A stretch of 64,000 nt of DNA from Nannocystis bainbridge (GTDB lineage Bacteria; Myxococcota_A; Polyangia; Nannocystales; Nannocystaceae): contig NZ_JAQNDL010000001.1 in the NCBI RefSeq assembly GCF_028368995.1, positions 4,256,001 through 4,320,000 on the forward strand, given 5' to 3'. A program made the position numbers and the translations under genes. Positions 9,132 to 17,680 of the stretch are shown piece by piece. A model generated the notes under the pieces. The model did no database searches. It worked only from the letters and a program-made list of their open reading frames with translations, and was not told where the DNA came from. How positions within the stretch are numbered: the first letter of the stretch is position 1; every line of letters starts with the position of its first letter.

Positions 9132-10304
9132 CTACAGGGCCGTGAGCGCCGCGCGCAGCGCGGCCTCCGGTTGCGTCGTCATGTCCGCGACCGCGACGTC
9201 CGGCTCGACGCCGGCGCCGTCGATCAGGCGGTCCTTCGGCGAGAAGTAGCGCGCGATCGTCAGCGTCAGCACCGAGCCGTCGTCGAGGCCGATGACATCT
9301 TGCACGGTGCCCTTGCCGTAGCTGCGCTCGCCGACCACCTTCGCGCGTCCGTGGTCCTGCAGCGCGCTCGCCAGCAGCTCCGATGCCGAGGCCGAGCGGT
9401 GGTCTTGCAGCACCACGACCTTCGTCGCGTCGTCGGTGGCCGCCAGCGTCGCTCGCTCCTCGCGGAGGATCTGCCCGCCGCGCCCGCGCGTCCGCACCAG
9501 CACGCCCTCGCCGACGAACGTGTCGGCGATCAGCACCGCCTCGCCGACGTCACCGCCCGGATTGCCGCGCACGTCGAGCACCACGCCGCCGATGCCACCG
9601 GCGCCGGCCGAGCGGCGCAGCTCCTTCAACGTGTTGCGCACGCTGTCGGCGACGCCCGAGCGGAACGCACGGATCCGTACATGGGCGAACTTGCGGCCGG
9701 CGTGCTCGAGGAGCGCGCCGCTGACGACCGGGAGCGACTGCCCCGAGAGCACCAGGCGGTGCGCCGTCGGGGCCGGATCGCTGCGCCGCTGCACGGTCAG
9801 GTCGATCGTCTCGCCGTCGCCGCCGAGCAGCAACACGTCGACCTCGGCACGCGACAGCATGAAGGCGACGTCCTGATCGCGAATCTTCAAGATCGAGTCG
9901 CCGGATTGGAGACCGATCTTCTCGGCCGGCGATCCAGGCAACACGGCCGAGACCTCGAGCCGCGCCGGCTTGCGCGAGCCCGGCTCGGCGCGCTGGAGAT
10001 CGACGATCATCCCGGTCGTGCCACCGCGGCTGCGTTGCTTGAGCAGCGTGCGCTCGTCGGCGGTGAGATAGTGACTGTGACGATCGAGCCCGCTGACGAT
10101 CCGCTTCAGCGACTCTGCCAGTACGCGGCTGGGCTCCACCGGGTCGACATAGCGATCGAGGACGGTGCGGAGCGCCTTGCCATAGGCGTCGGTGCCGAGG
10201 TTGTTGCCCGCCTGCGCGCTCGGGAGCGCCGACTGGACGCACCACATTGCCGCGGCGCCGAGCGAGAAGGCCAGGAACGAGCGCCAGCGGGACACGCGGT
10301 TCAT
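9132..10304 (-). CDS. C-terminal processing protease (S41A, PDZ domain)
   Basis: LDRHSHYL, VLPGSPAEKIGLQSGD (PDZ), DVRGNPGG, SASASE, SYGKGTVQ, TIARYFSP. Confidence 0.92.
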   Translation of the reverse strand: MNRVSRWRSFLAFSLGAAAMWCVQSALPSAQAGNNLGTDAYGKALRTVLDRYVDPVEPSRVLAESLKRIVSGLDRHSHYLTADERTLLKQRSRGGTTGMIVDLQRAEPGSRKPARLEVSAVLPGSPAEKIGLQSGDSILKIRDQDVAFMLSRAEVDVLLLGGDGETIDLTVQRRSDPAPTAHRLVLSGQSLPVVSGALLEHAGRKFAHVRIRAFRSGVADSVRNTLKELRRSAGAGGIGGVVLDVRGNPGGDVGEAVLIADTFVGEGVLVRTRGRGGQILREERATLAATDDATKVVVLQDHRSASASELLASALQDHGRAKVVGERSYGKGTVQDVIGLDDGSVLTLTIARYFSPKDRLIDGAGVEPDVAVADMTTQPEAALRAALTAL

Positions 10305-10371
10305 CGTGGCCGAAAGACGCGCGAGGATCCAGGTTGGTTCCCGTCCGGGCGCGAATAGGTCGTCTGCTGCG

Positions 10372-10527
10372 TCAGGCAGCCCGCGGCAGCTCCGCCGGCG
10401 CGGCCTGCTCGCGCGTCACGGGCTCGGCCGCGCGGCGCTGCTCCAGCAACTCTCGCAGCAGCGGGCGGGTGGTGACGGCATCGACGAATACGCGGGTGAA
10501 GAGGGCTGGGCGAGAGCGGAGGCGCAT
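10372..10527 (-). CDS. Possible 51-aa small protein (below the ORF-track cut-off)
   Basis: ATG 10527 to TGA 10372, MRLRSRPALFTRVFVDAVTTRPLLRELLEQRRAAEP...; mostly G/C-ending codons. Confidence 0.4.
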   Translation of the reverse strand: MRLRSRPALFTRVFVDAVTTRPLLRELLEQRRAAEPVTREQAAPAELPRAA

Positions 10528-10610
10528 GGTGCCGAACGTCTTGCACGTCGTGGGCCAGCGCGATGTCGAGGAGCTACGGGGGCACGAGGGGGACGGGAGC
10601 GCGGGGACCC

Positions 10611-10647
10611 AAGAAAAAATGGCAACGGCGCTTGGGAACCGTTGCCA
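10611..10647 (-). terminator. Intrinsic terminator after the XRE regulator
   Basis: Minus strand TGGCAACGG-(10-nt loop)-CCGTTGCCA followed by TTTTTTCTT. Confidence 0.7.
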
Positions 10648-10692
10648 ACTTGCGACTCGGTCCGCGGCCTGGACCGACGGGCCGCGTGGGAC

Positions 10693-11073
10693 TCAACCGC
10701 CTTCGAGCGTGCGCGCGACCTTGACGAGGTCGCGGATCTGCTTGGGCGACAACTGGGCCGAGACCGCGTAGAGCTCGTCGAGCAGCTCGCCCTTGGGACC
10801 GCTCTTCGCCTTGGTGCGGGGCAGCAGGTCGGTCGGCTCACAGCCGAACGCTTGCGCGAGGAGGAGCAGCGACTCGATGCGCGGAGCCTTGTAGCCGAGC
10901 TCGAGCTTGTTGACCGTGGTGACCGTCAGACCTGTCTGTTTGGCCAGCTCTTCGATCGTCAGGTGCGGCCGCCAACCGGTCTCGCCCTCACGCTTGCGGC
11001 GGGTCTTGGGCGGCGGAGTCGCGGTGCGCCACAGCCTGATCCGTCGTCCGATTTCCTGTGCAACTTCGTTCAT
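10693..11073 (-). CDS. XRE-family helix-turn-helix regulator
   Basis: IGRRIRLWR...LTIEELAKQTGLTVTTVNKLELG...PRIESLLLLAQAFGCEPTDLL. Confidence 0.9.
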   Translation of the reverse strand: MNEVAQEIGRRIRLWRTATPPPKTRRKREGETGWRPHLTIEELAKQTGLTVTTVNKLELGYKAPRIESLLLLAQAFGCEPTDLLPRTKAKSGPKGELLDELYAVSAQLSPKQIRDLVKVARTLEGG

Positions 11074-11205
11074 CTTGAGCTCCTCGGTCGGATGTCCCGA
11101 GCCGCATCATGACACAAGTTACCTGGCGCTTCGAACAGTCCGCCGTTGCGGATGCTCACACGGGCTGTCTCATAGGACTTGTCCTTCGGGGCTTGTGAGC
11201 CCCGT

Positions 11206-13563
11206 CTAAAACGCTCCACGAAGGCCCAGGGAGGGTAAAATGTATCTTAGGCCACGCGAGCCGCACGTCGTGTTGCTGACGATCGAGCCTGCTCCCGACA
11301 TCGCTGCATCCGAATTTCCTTGGAGCACGCAAGCGATGACTTCGCTCGAATACGTGGAGTTGAGCACGTCTGCGACGAAGTGCAGGCTCCAAGAGCGGAA
11401 GCGCCAAGTTCGTTCGGCGCGCAGGTCGAGCTGGAAGTAAGCGGGCAAGCGACGGTTGTTACGGTTGTAGAGAAGTGCCTCAGAAGCGGTCTGATCGCCG
11501 ATTTGGACGGTGTACGGGCGACCTGAATGAAAGTGCAGGCGACCGCCGAAGCTCCAGCGATCGCTGATGCGATAGCCGAGCACGACGTTGACGATGTGAC
11601 GCTGATCCCAGCTCGAGGGGGCGCGGCCGCCGTACTCGTACTCGCGGGTCGAGCGCGACAGCGTGTACGCGGCCCACCCGTACGCACGCTGACCGGGCAG
11701 CAGGCGCGCCATCGTCTCGATGCCGTACGACCAACCTTTGGCCGAGATCACGACGTCGTCGATCTCCTGCAGCTTGCCCGACGACAGCGACGCGAGGTCG
11801 TAGTCCTGCAGATTCGAAAGGCGGCCGAGGTAGACGTCTTGGGTGATCGCCAGCTTGTTGCCGAGCACCAGCTCGTAGCCGGCGCTACCCTGAATGTTGC
11901 GCTGCAGGCCGCGCTCGAAGCCGAAGCTCTCGAGCCCCGGGACCGGCACGGGGAAGCTCGGCGGCTGGTGGTAGACGCCGATGTTCTGGCGCAGCGTCCA
12001 GCGCTCGCCGACCTTCTCGCGCACGAGGATCCGCGGGTCGATGCCGAACGCGTGGGTCAGCGTGCGCGCCTGCGGCAGCACCGGCGAGTGACCGACCTGG
12101 GTGTAGAGATCGCCGCGCACGCCGGGGCGGATGTCGAACCGACCCTTGCGCCACAGCAGCTCGGCGTAGAGGCCCGTGGCCGAGACCACGCGGTCGCTGA
12201 ACAGCTGCGTGAGGCTCTCGAGCTGCCAGCCCTCGCCCGCCGTGGCCCCCGTCGTGCCGCGGAAGATCTGGACCTCCTGATCGATGCCGACCCCGAGCTC
12301 CGCGTTGCCGCTCTCACCGACGGGCACGCGCACGTCGACGCGCGGCGCGATCAACCATTCGTTGCTGCGCGTGCGCGACACACCCGTGCGATCGAGGCCG
12401 AGGCCGAGGCTGTAGGTTGCGACGCCGCCGCGCGGCAGCTCGTGGCGGATCTTCTGCACCAGCCGGTAGAACTCGAAGCGCACGAACGGGGTCGGGTTCG
12501 ACTTCTCACCCAGCTCGTCGAAGCTGCCGAGGGCGAACGCGGTGTACGTGGCGCGCTTGCCGAGCGCGTGGTCGAAGCGGGCCTGGTAGTCCCAGAAGCG
12601 CAGCTTGAGGTTGGCCTGGACCAGCGTCAGCACGCCCGCGGTGTAGCTGTAGCGCCCCGCCAGCGTCAGCGAGCCGCGCGCCGGCCCGCGCCGACAGTCC
12701 TCGCGCTTGATCCGACCTGTCCTTTTAGACCTGGCCTTTTTTCGCTGTTCTGCGAGACATGACCGATCGTGCTTGTAGTTGAGCGGGATCTCGACGAGGC
12801 CGCCGGCGTCCGTGAGGCGGATGTCGAACTCCCCGTAGGCGCGGTCGCGGCGAGCGGCGCGCGTGCGGCCCTCGATGATGCCGCTGGCGTAGCGTCCGAG
12901 CCGCACCGGCGCGCCGCTGGCATAAAAGTCGACCTGGTCGATGAAGTACGGGTGGATGACGGACGGCCCGAGCGCGACGTGGAACAGGATCGGCACGCGC
13001 ACGCCGTCGAGGTAGTAACCGGTGTTGCCGGGCGCCGCGCCGCGGACCACCACGTACGGCAGGAAGCCGGCCAGCTGCGACACCCCGGGCAGGCTCCCGA
13101 CCACGCGGAACGGATCGCCGAAGGTCCCCGGCACTGCGCGGATCTCCTCGTCGCGCAGCGTCGTGCTCGACACCGCCACCTCGCGTTGCTGCCGGACCAC
13201 CGTGCGGTACGGGTTGCCGGCGACATCGGGCGCGAGGCGGTACTCGTAGACCAGGTCTTGCCGATCTTCGAGCTTGATACTCACGGACAGGTCCTGAAAG
13301 CCAGCCGCGCGGATGAGCAGCTTGTGCTCGCCGGGCGGCAGCCACAGCTCGAAGTGCCCGGTCTTGTCGGTCTCGGTCGAGTTGTCGTCGCCGAGCAGAC
13401 GCGCGCCTGCCACTGGATCGCGGCTGCCGTACGCCATCACCCGACCGCGCAGGCGCGCTCGCCCGAGCCGCGCGGGCGCGACGGTCGTGGCCTCGGCTGT
13501 CTCGTTCGACGCGCTCGCCGGCACCGACGCTGGCGCGAGCGCGAGGAGGAGAGCGAGCACCAC
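11206..13563 (-). CDS. TonB-dependent receptor with N-terminal carboxypeptidase-regulatory-like domain
   Basis: Signal peptide; plug motifs VPGTFGDPFRVVGSLPGV and VVRGAAPGNTGYYLDG; barrel end RLPAYFQLDLR...LPSLGLRGAF. Confidence 0.9.
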   Translation of the reverse strand: MVLALLLALAPASVPASASNETAEATTVAPARLGRARLRGRVMAYGSRDPVAGARLLGDDNSTETDKTGHFELWLPPGEHKLLIRAAGFQDLSVSIKLEDRQDLVYEYRLAPDVAGNPYRTVVRQQREVAVSSTTLRDEEIRAVPGTFGDPFRVVGSLPGVSQLAGFLPYVVVRGAAPGNTGYYLDGVRVPILFHVALGPSVIHPYFIDQVDFYASGAPVRLGRYASGIIEGRTRAARRDRAYGEFDIRLTDAGGLVEIPLNYKHDRSCLAEQRKKARSKRTGRIKREDCRRGPARGSLTLAGRYSYTAGVLTLVQANLKLRFWDYQARFDHALGKRATYTAFALGSFDELGEKSNPTPFVRFEFYRLVQKIRHELPRGGVATYSLGLGLDRTGVSRTRSNEWLIAPRVDVRVPVGESGNAELGVGIDQEVQIFRGTTGATAGEGWQLESLTQLFSDRVVSATGLYAELLWRKGRFDIRPGVRGDLYTQVGHSPVLPQARTLTHAFGIDPRILVREKVGERWTLRQNIGVYHQPPSFPVPVPGLESFGFERGLQRNIQGSAGYELVLGNKLAITQDVYLGRLSNLQDYDLASLSSGKLQEIDDVVISAKGWSYGIETMARLLPGQRAYGWAAYTLSRSTREYEYGGRAPSSWDQRHIVNVVLGYRISDRWSFGGRLHFHSGRPYTVQIGDQTASEALLYNRNNRRLPAYFQLDLRAERTWRFRSWSLHFVADVLNSTYSSEVIACVLQGNSDAAMSGAGSIVSNTTCGSRGLRYILPSLGLRGAF

Positions 13564-13632
13564 GCGCCCAGGATATCGGAGGTCCGTGGCGTCGAGGTCG
13601 CGAATGCGCGCGAGCTCGAAAGACCTCGATGC

Positions 13633-14175
13633 TCAGGCCCCGTCGCGGCGCATCGCGGCCCGGCGCGCGCCCGGCAGGCGAGCATCGTCGGCGCTCGAGG
13701 GACCGCGACGCGGCGTCGTCATCCGCTCCGTGGCCGGCTCGGCGGGCGGGGCCGCTGGCGACGGTCGCGGCAGTGATTTGCGCCGCTCGCCCGGCGGCTC
13801 GGCGGGCGGGGCGGTGCGCATCGCCGCGGGTGACGGTCGCGGCAGTGATTTGCGCCGCTCGCCCGACGGCTCGACGGGCGGGGCGGTGCGCATCGCCGCG
13901 TGTGACGGTCGCGGCAGTGATTTGCGCCGCTCGCCCGGCGGCTCCTTCGTGGTCGTCGCGCGCGTCGGCGCCTCGACGTACTCGCCGAAGATCCGCTGCT
14001 TCATGTCCTCGAGCATCGGCGAGATCCGCCCGCGCGTCCCGTCGAGCAGGTCCTTCGCTTGCGGCGTCTCACCGATCCGGTCGACGTGCTCCGACAGCGT
14101 GAACGCGCCGAGCTTGACCGTGCAGCTCGCCCACAGGACCGCCACCAGGAACACGAGGCTGAGCAGGGTGCGCAT
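13633..14175 (-). CDS. Small membrane-anchored protein with three 24-aa Pro/Arg repeats
   Basis: N-terminal TM helix; 72-bp repeats (CAGTGATTTG at 13771, 13843, 13915) encode PPGERRKSLPRPS-AAMRTAPP. Confidence 0.6.
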   Translation of the reverse strand: MRTLLSLVFLVAVLWASCTVKLGAFTLSEHVDRIGETPQAKDLLDGTRGRISPMLEDMKQRIFGEYVEAPTRATTTKEPPGERRKSLPRPSHAAMRTAPPVEPSGERRKSLPRPSPAAMRTAPPAEPPGERRKSLPRPSPAAPPAEPATERMTTPRRGPSSADDARLPGARRAAMRRDGA

Positions 14176-14283
14176 GAAGCCGGGCGCGCGAGCCTCCCGA
14201 GGCGCGCGCGCGCGATCTTCGAGCCCGCCGCGCGCCGAGGCAAATTTTTGACCGGCGGCGCCGCGCGCCCACCGGGCGCGCCG

Positions 14284-15117
14284 TCACTTCTCCGCGCTGC
14301 TGTCGCGTCCGAGCTCGGAGGCGACCTTGGCGGCCTCCTGGATCGTGCGGGCGAGGACGGAGCGGATCCTGCCGTCCTCCATGGTCAGGATGCCGGCGAT
14401 CGTGCAACCGGCCGGCGTGGTGACTTGATCCTTGAGGGCGGCCGGGTGGAAGCCGGTCGACAGCACCATGCGCGCCGCGCCCTGGAACACCTGTGCCGCC
14501 ATCTGCAGCGCCACCGGGCGCGGCAGGCCCATCATCACGCCGCCGTCGGCCATCGCCTCGATCATCACGTAGACGAACGCCGGGCCGCTGGCGCCGAGGC
14601 TCGTCACCGCGTCCATCAATTTGTCCTCGACCTCGAGGCACAGGCCCACGGTGTCGAACAGCTGTTTCGCCAGGCCGACCTCGGCGTCGCCCGCTCGCTG
14701 GCCGCGCGCCAGCACCGTCATGCCCTGTCCGATGAGACATGGCGTATTGGGCATGGCCCGAATGACAGGGCTCGCCGGCAACCATCCCTGCAGCTGGGCG
14801 AGCGTGACCCCGGCGGCGATGCTGATGACCGGCTTGTCGACCAGCGCCGCCTGCACCCCGTCCTCGTGCAGCACCTTGCTGACGCGCTGGGGCTTGACCG
14901 CGAGCAGCACCGCGTCGGCCTCGCGCATCGCCTGCAGGTTGTCGGCGGCGATGCGGACGCCATGACGCTGACGGACGGCCTCGGCGGCCTCGTGCCTGCG
15001 CGTGGTCGCCACGATCTGCGTCGGCGCGAGCAGCCCCGCGCGCAGCAGGCCGGCGGCGATCGCCTCGCCCATGGTCCCGCAGCCGATGATCGCCAGAGTC
15101 CGCCCTGCCAGCAGCAT
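14284..15117 (-). CDS. proC: Pyrroline-5-carboxylate reductase
   Basis: IIGCGTMG, LAVKPQ, ISIAAGV, RAMPNTP, SGPAFVY, LKDQVTTPAGCTIAG; the start is most likely ATG 15117. Confidence 0.96.
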   Translation of the reverse strand: MLLAGRTLAIIGCGTMGEAIAAGLLRAGLLAPTQIVATTRRHEAAEAVRQRHGVRIAADNLQAMREADAVLLAVKPQRVSKVLHEDGVQAALVDKPVISIAAGVTLAQLQGWLPASPVIRAMPNTPCLIGQGMTVLARGQRAGDAEVGLAKQLFDTVGLCLEVEDKLMDAVTSLGASGPAFVYVMIEAMADGGVMMGLPRPVALQMAAQVFQGAARMVLSTGFHPAALKDQVTTPAGCTIAGILTMEDGRIRSVLARTIQEAAKVASELGRDSSAEK

Positions 15118-15152
15118 GGGCCGGCGCTTACCACAGGCCGCGGGCTCGCGCC

Positions 15153-15854
15153 TCAAATCGGGCGGGACGGCTGGTACACCCACGACACCGCGACGGGCTC
15201 GCGATCGACGGGCTCGCCCGGCTCGCGGCTCGGATCGGCGTCGTCCGTCCACGGATCGACGTCGTCTTCGATCGCCATCGCGTCGACCTCTCGCGGCGCC
15301 GCGGCCTCCATCGGCGCGGAGATCGCCGTCACCAGCATCTCCTTCGGGACGTCCGATCCGCGGGGCGGCCAGATCCCGCGGCCGATCGCCGCGATCTCCC
15401 CCAACACGTGGCCGCCGGCGATCGCCTCCTCGAGCCGCCGCTTGAGCGCCTGCACGGCCGGGAAGTAGTCCTTGCGCGAGTAGCGCTGATTGAGCACGCA
15501 GAACTCTTCGTTCTTGAGGCCGACGCAGGCGAAGCACTGCGTGCAGCCGAAGCAGTCGACGCAGAGCACGAGGTACTGCGAATCCTCACAACCTTCGCAG
15601 AATTCGAGGTGGCCCGAGCGGACGCACGAGCGGCTGAACCGCGAGCGGGTGCAGGCGCGGCAGTCGTGGCACAGCTCGCAGTTGCTGCAGTCGTTGCAGC
15701 GCACGCACTGGACGCAGAAGCGGCAGCGGTTGCAATCGAGGCAGCCGTCGCAGCGGAGGTTGCCATCGCCGGCGCGGCTCGGTGCGATCTCGGCGCGGTG
15801 GGCGTCGAGGAGCCCGCGGAACTGGGCCAGCAGTTCGTCGAGGGTCGGATGCAC
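15153..15854 (-). CDS. Cys-rich CxxCxxC-repeat protein (myxobacterial type)
   Basis: Run of CxxC repeats ending CFGCTQCFACVGLKNEEFCVLNQRYSRKDY. Confidence 0.75.
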   Translation of the reverse strand: MHPTLDELLAQFRGLLDAHRAEIAPSRAGDGNLRCDGCLDCNRCRFCVQCVRCNDCSNCELCHDCRACTRSRFSRSCVRSGHLEFCEGCEDSQYLVLCVDCFGCTQCFACVGLKNEEFCVLNQRYSRKDYFPAVQALKRRLEEAIAGGHVLGEIAAIGRGIWPPRGSDVPKEMLVTAISAPMEAAAPREVDAMAIEDDVDPWTDDADPSREPGEPVDREPVAVSWVYQPSRPI

Positions 15855-15923
15855 GGTCTACGAGGGTGCCACGGATCGCGGCGTGACCCAAAGTAGCGGG
15901 CCGTGTATGCTCCGCGCGCGCCC

Positions 15924-16535
15924 ATGGCCTCCAGCCGCCTCCTGATCGTCGTTGCGCTGCTTGCGCAAGCCCTCGCGCTCGGCGCTTGTCAGCGAAAGAT
16001 CGGCAGCGCGTGCCGGGTGAGCACCGACTGCAGCTTCCGCGGCGAGCGAATCTGCGACCTCTCGTACCTCGTCGACAGCAGCGGCAACCCCGACCCCAAC
16101 GGCAAGGGCGAATGCACCATCGAGGGCTGCACGCCCGGCTCGTGCCCAAAAGAGGGCGCCTGCATTCAGGTCTTCAACACCGAGTTCCTGAGCGTGGCGT
16201 GCGAACCCGACTGCGAAGACCGGCGCCCGGTCGGCGCCGACGACAAGCTGTCGCCCGACGACCCCCAGTACAAGTGCCGCGAGCTCGACGACCCCACGGT
16301 CTACAACCGCTGCACCGACCAGGAGCTGTGCCTGCCCGAGGGTCTGTGCGCCGACCTCTTCAGCGCGCGGATCTCCTGCCGCAAAGAGTGCAACAGCGAC
16401 CGCGGCTGCCGTGACGGCTACGAGTGCCGCGAGACCGGCGGCAACGGCGTCTACGTGGCGTTCTCGCCGACGAACCCGGACTCGCTGCCGATCGAGCGCA
16501 TCTGCATGCCGATCGAGCCCAAGGCCGGCGAGTAG
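15924..16535 (+). CDS. Cys-rich lipoprotein
   Basis: Lipobox LALGAC then QRKIGSAC..STDC; many Cys residues; high GC3. Confidence 0.8.
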   Translation: MASSRLLIVVALLAQALALGACQRKIGSACRVSTDCSFRGERICDLSYLVDSSGNPDPNGKGECTIEGCTPGSCPKEGACIQVFNTEFLSVACEPDCEDRRPVGADDKLSPDDPQYKCRELDDPTVYNRCTDQELCLPEGLCADLFSARISCRKECNSDRGCRDGYECRETGGNGVYVAFSPTNPDSLPIERICMPIEPKAGE

Positions 16536-16894
16536 ATCTCCGGGCCGATCCCCGGCGCGGCAGCGCGCATGCATCGTCGACGCGCGCGCAGGTGGCTGTC
16601 TCTCGGGACAGCTTCACCACTGCTCCGAGGCAAACGCTCTCTCGCCAGGCGTCGAGAGTCACCTGTCCTTCGAGATATATTATCGTGGCGCGCCCCGTGC
16701 TCACCTGTCCTTCTGGACATGCCACGATCGACCATCGAGCGCCCTCGCTGTCCCGCGGGCTGGCCGGGCGTCCCGCCGGCGGGCCACCTGGCGCCGGGGC
16801 CATGTCCGCAAGTGCTTGAAAAGCTTCGAACGGCGCCGCGGCGCTCCGCTTGCTCAATGGGATTCATCGGCGAGAGCGCCGAACGGAGTCACCC

Positions 16895-17233
16895 ATGTTC
16901 AAGCAGATCCGTACCTTCCTGTCCCTGTCCACCCTCGCGGCCGCGCTGTTGACGGCCACGCCGGCCTTCGCCGCGCCGACCCTCGAGGGCCAGGTCAACC
17001 TCAACACCGCGACCGTCGAGCAGCTCGAGCTGCTCCCGGGCATCGGTCCGGCGATGGCCAAGAAGATCGTCGACTACCGCGCCAGCAAGCCGTTCCAGGA
17101 GACCAACCACCTCGTCCGGATCAAGGGCATCGGGCCCAAGACCTTCGCCAAGCTCAAGCAGTACCTCGTGCTCAAGGGCGAGACCAACCTGCGCGAAGTC
17201 CCGAAGGACGAGTTGGCCACCAAGCAGCCCTGA
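16895..17233 (+). CDS. comEA: ComEA-family helix-hairpin-helix DNA-binding protein with signal peptide
   Basis: VNLNTATVEQLELLPGIGPAMAKKIVDYR...IKGIGPKTFAKLK; GGAG RBS. Confidence 0.9.
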   Translation: MFKQIRTFLSLSTLAAALLTATPAFAAPTLEGQVNLNTATVEQLELLPGIGPAMAKKIVDYRASKPFQETNHLVRIKGIGPKTFAKLKQYLVLKGETNLREVPKDELATKQP

Positions 17234-17414
17234 GCCGCTCGCTCTGGCCAGCCGGGGCACGAGCACGGGCGTGACGGGCGAGGGATTCTCCGTGGCCCGC
17301 TCATCGCGACGGTCTGCACTCCACCACGATGACGCTCGTCGCGCTCGTGCTCGTGCTCCGACCGGCCGGAGCAATGTCCTTCGCGACATGTCCCGAAGAA
17401 CACTTTAAAGAAAA

Positions 17415-17608
17415 GTGGGCTCCCCGGTGAGCCTTGGTTCCCCTCTCGCCTCGGAGGCCGCGACCGGCGCGCAGCGATCGGTGAGCGTCCCTCCTTCACC
17501 TCGCCCCGACGTCACGAAGCGCCGGCCCGCGGTCCTCCGAGCATTTCGCAGCATCATCACCACTTTTGTTTGCGAGCCATCAATGTGCTGGAACCCCTCG
17601 AAGCCCAC
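17415..17608 (-). ncRNA. Putative ~194-nt structured RNA (long irregular hairpin); family unidentified
   Basis: Nested pairs GTGGGCTTC/GGAGCCCAC, GGTTCC/GGAACC, CTCGGAGG/CCTCCGAG, CCGCG/CGCGG, CCGGCGC/GCGCCGG; G-U pairs favour the minus strand; followed by TTTTCTTT. Confidence 0.5.
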
Positions 17609-17680
17609 GCGCTGCTCGCCCGTCGCCCACCTGCGCTTCTCCCGTGCACGTCCCGCCGGGACGGGTTAAGGTTCCGGGGC

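Noticed and set aside
17540-17562. Hammerhead-like TGATGA...GAAA on the minus strand of the structured RNA
   Set aside because: Lacks the leading C of CUGANGA and has no stem II between the two boxes.
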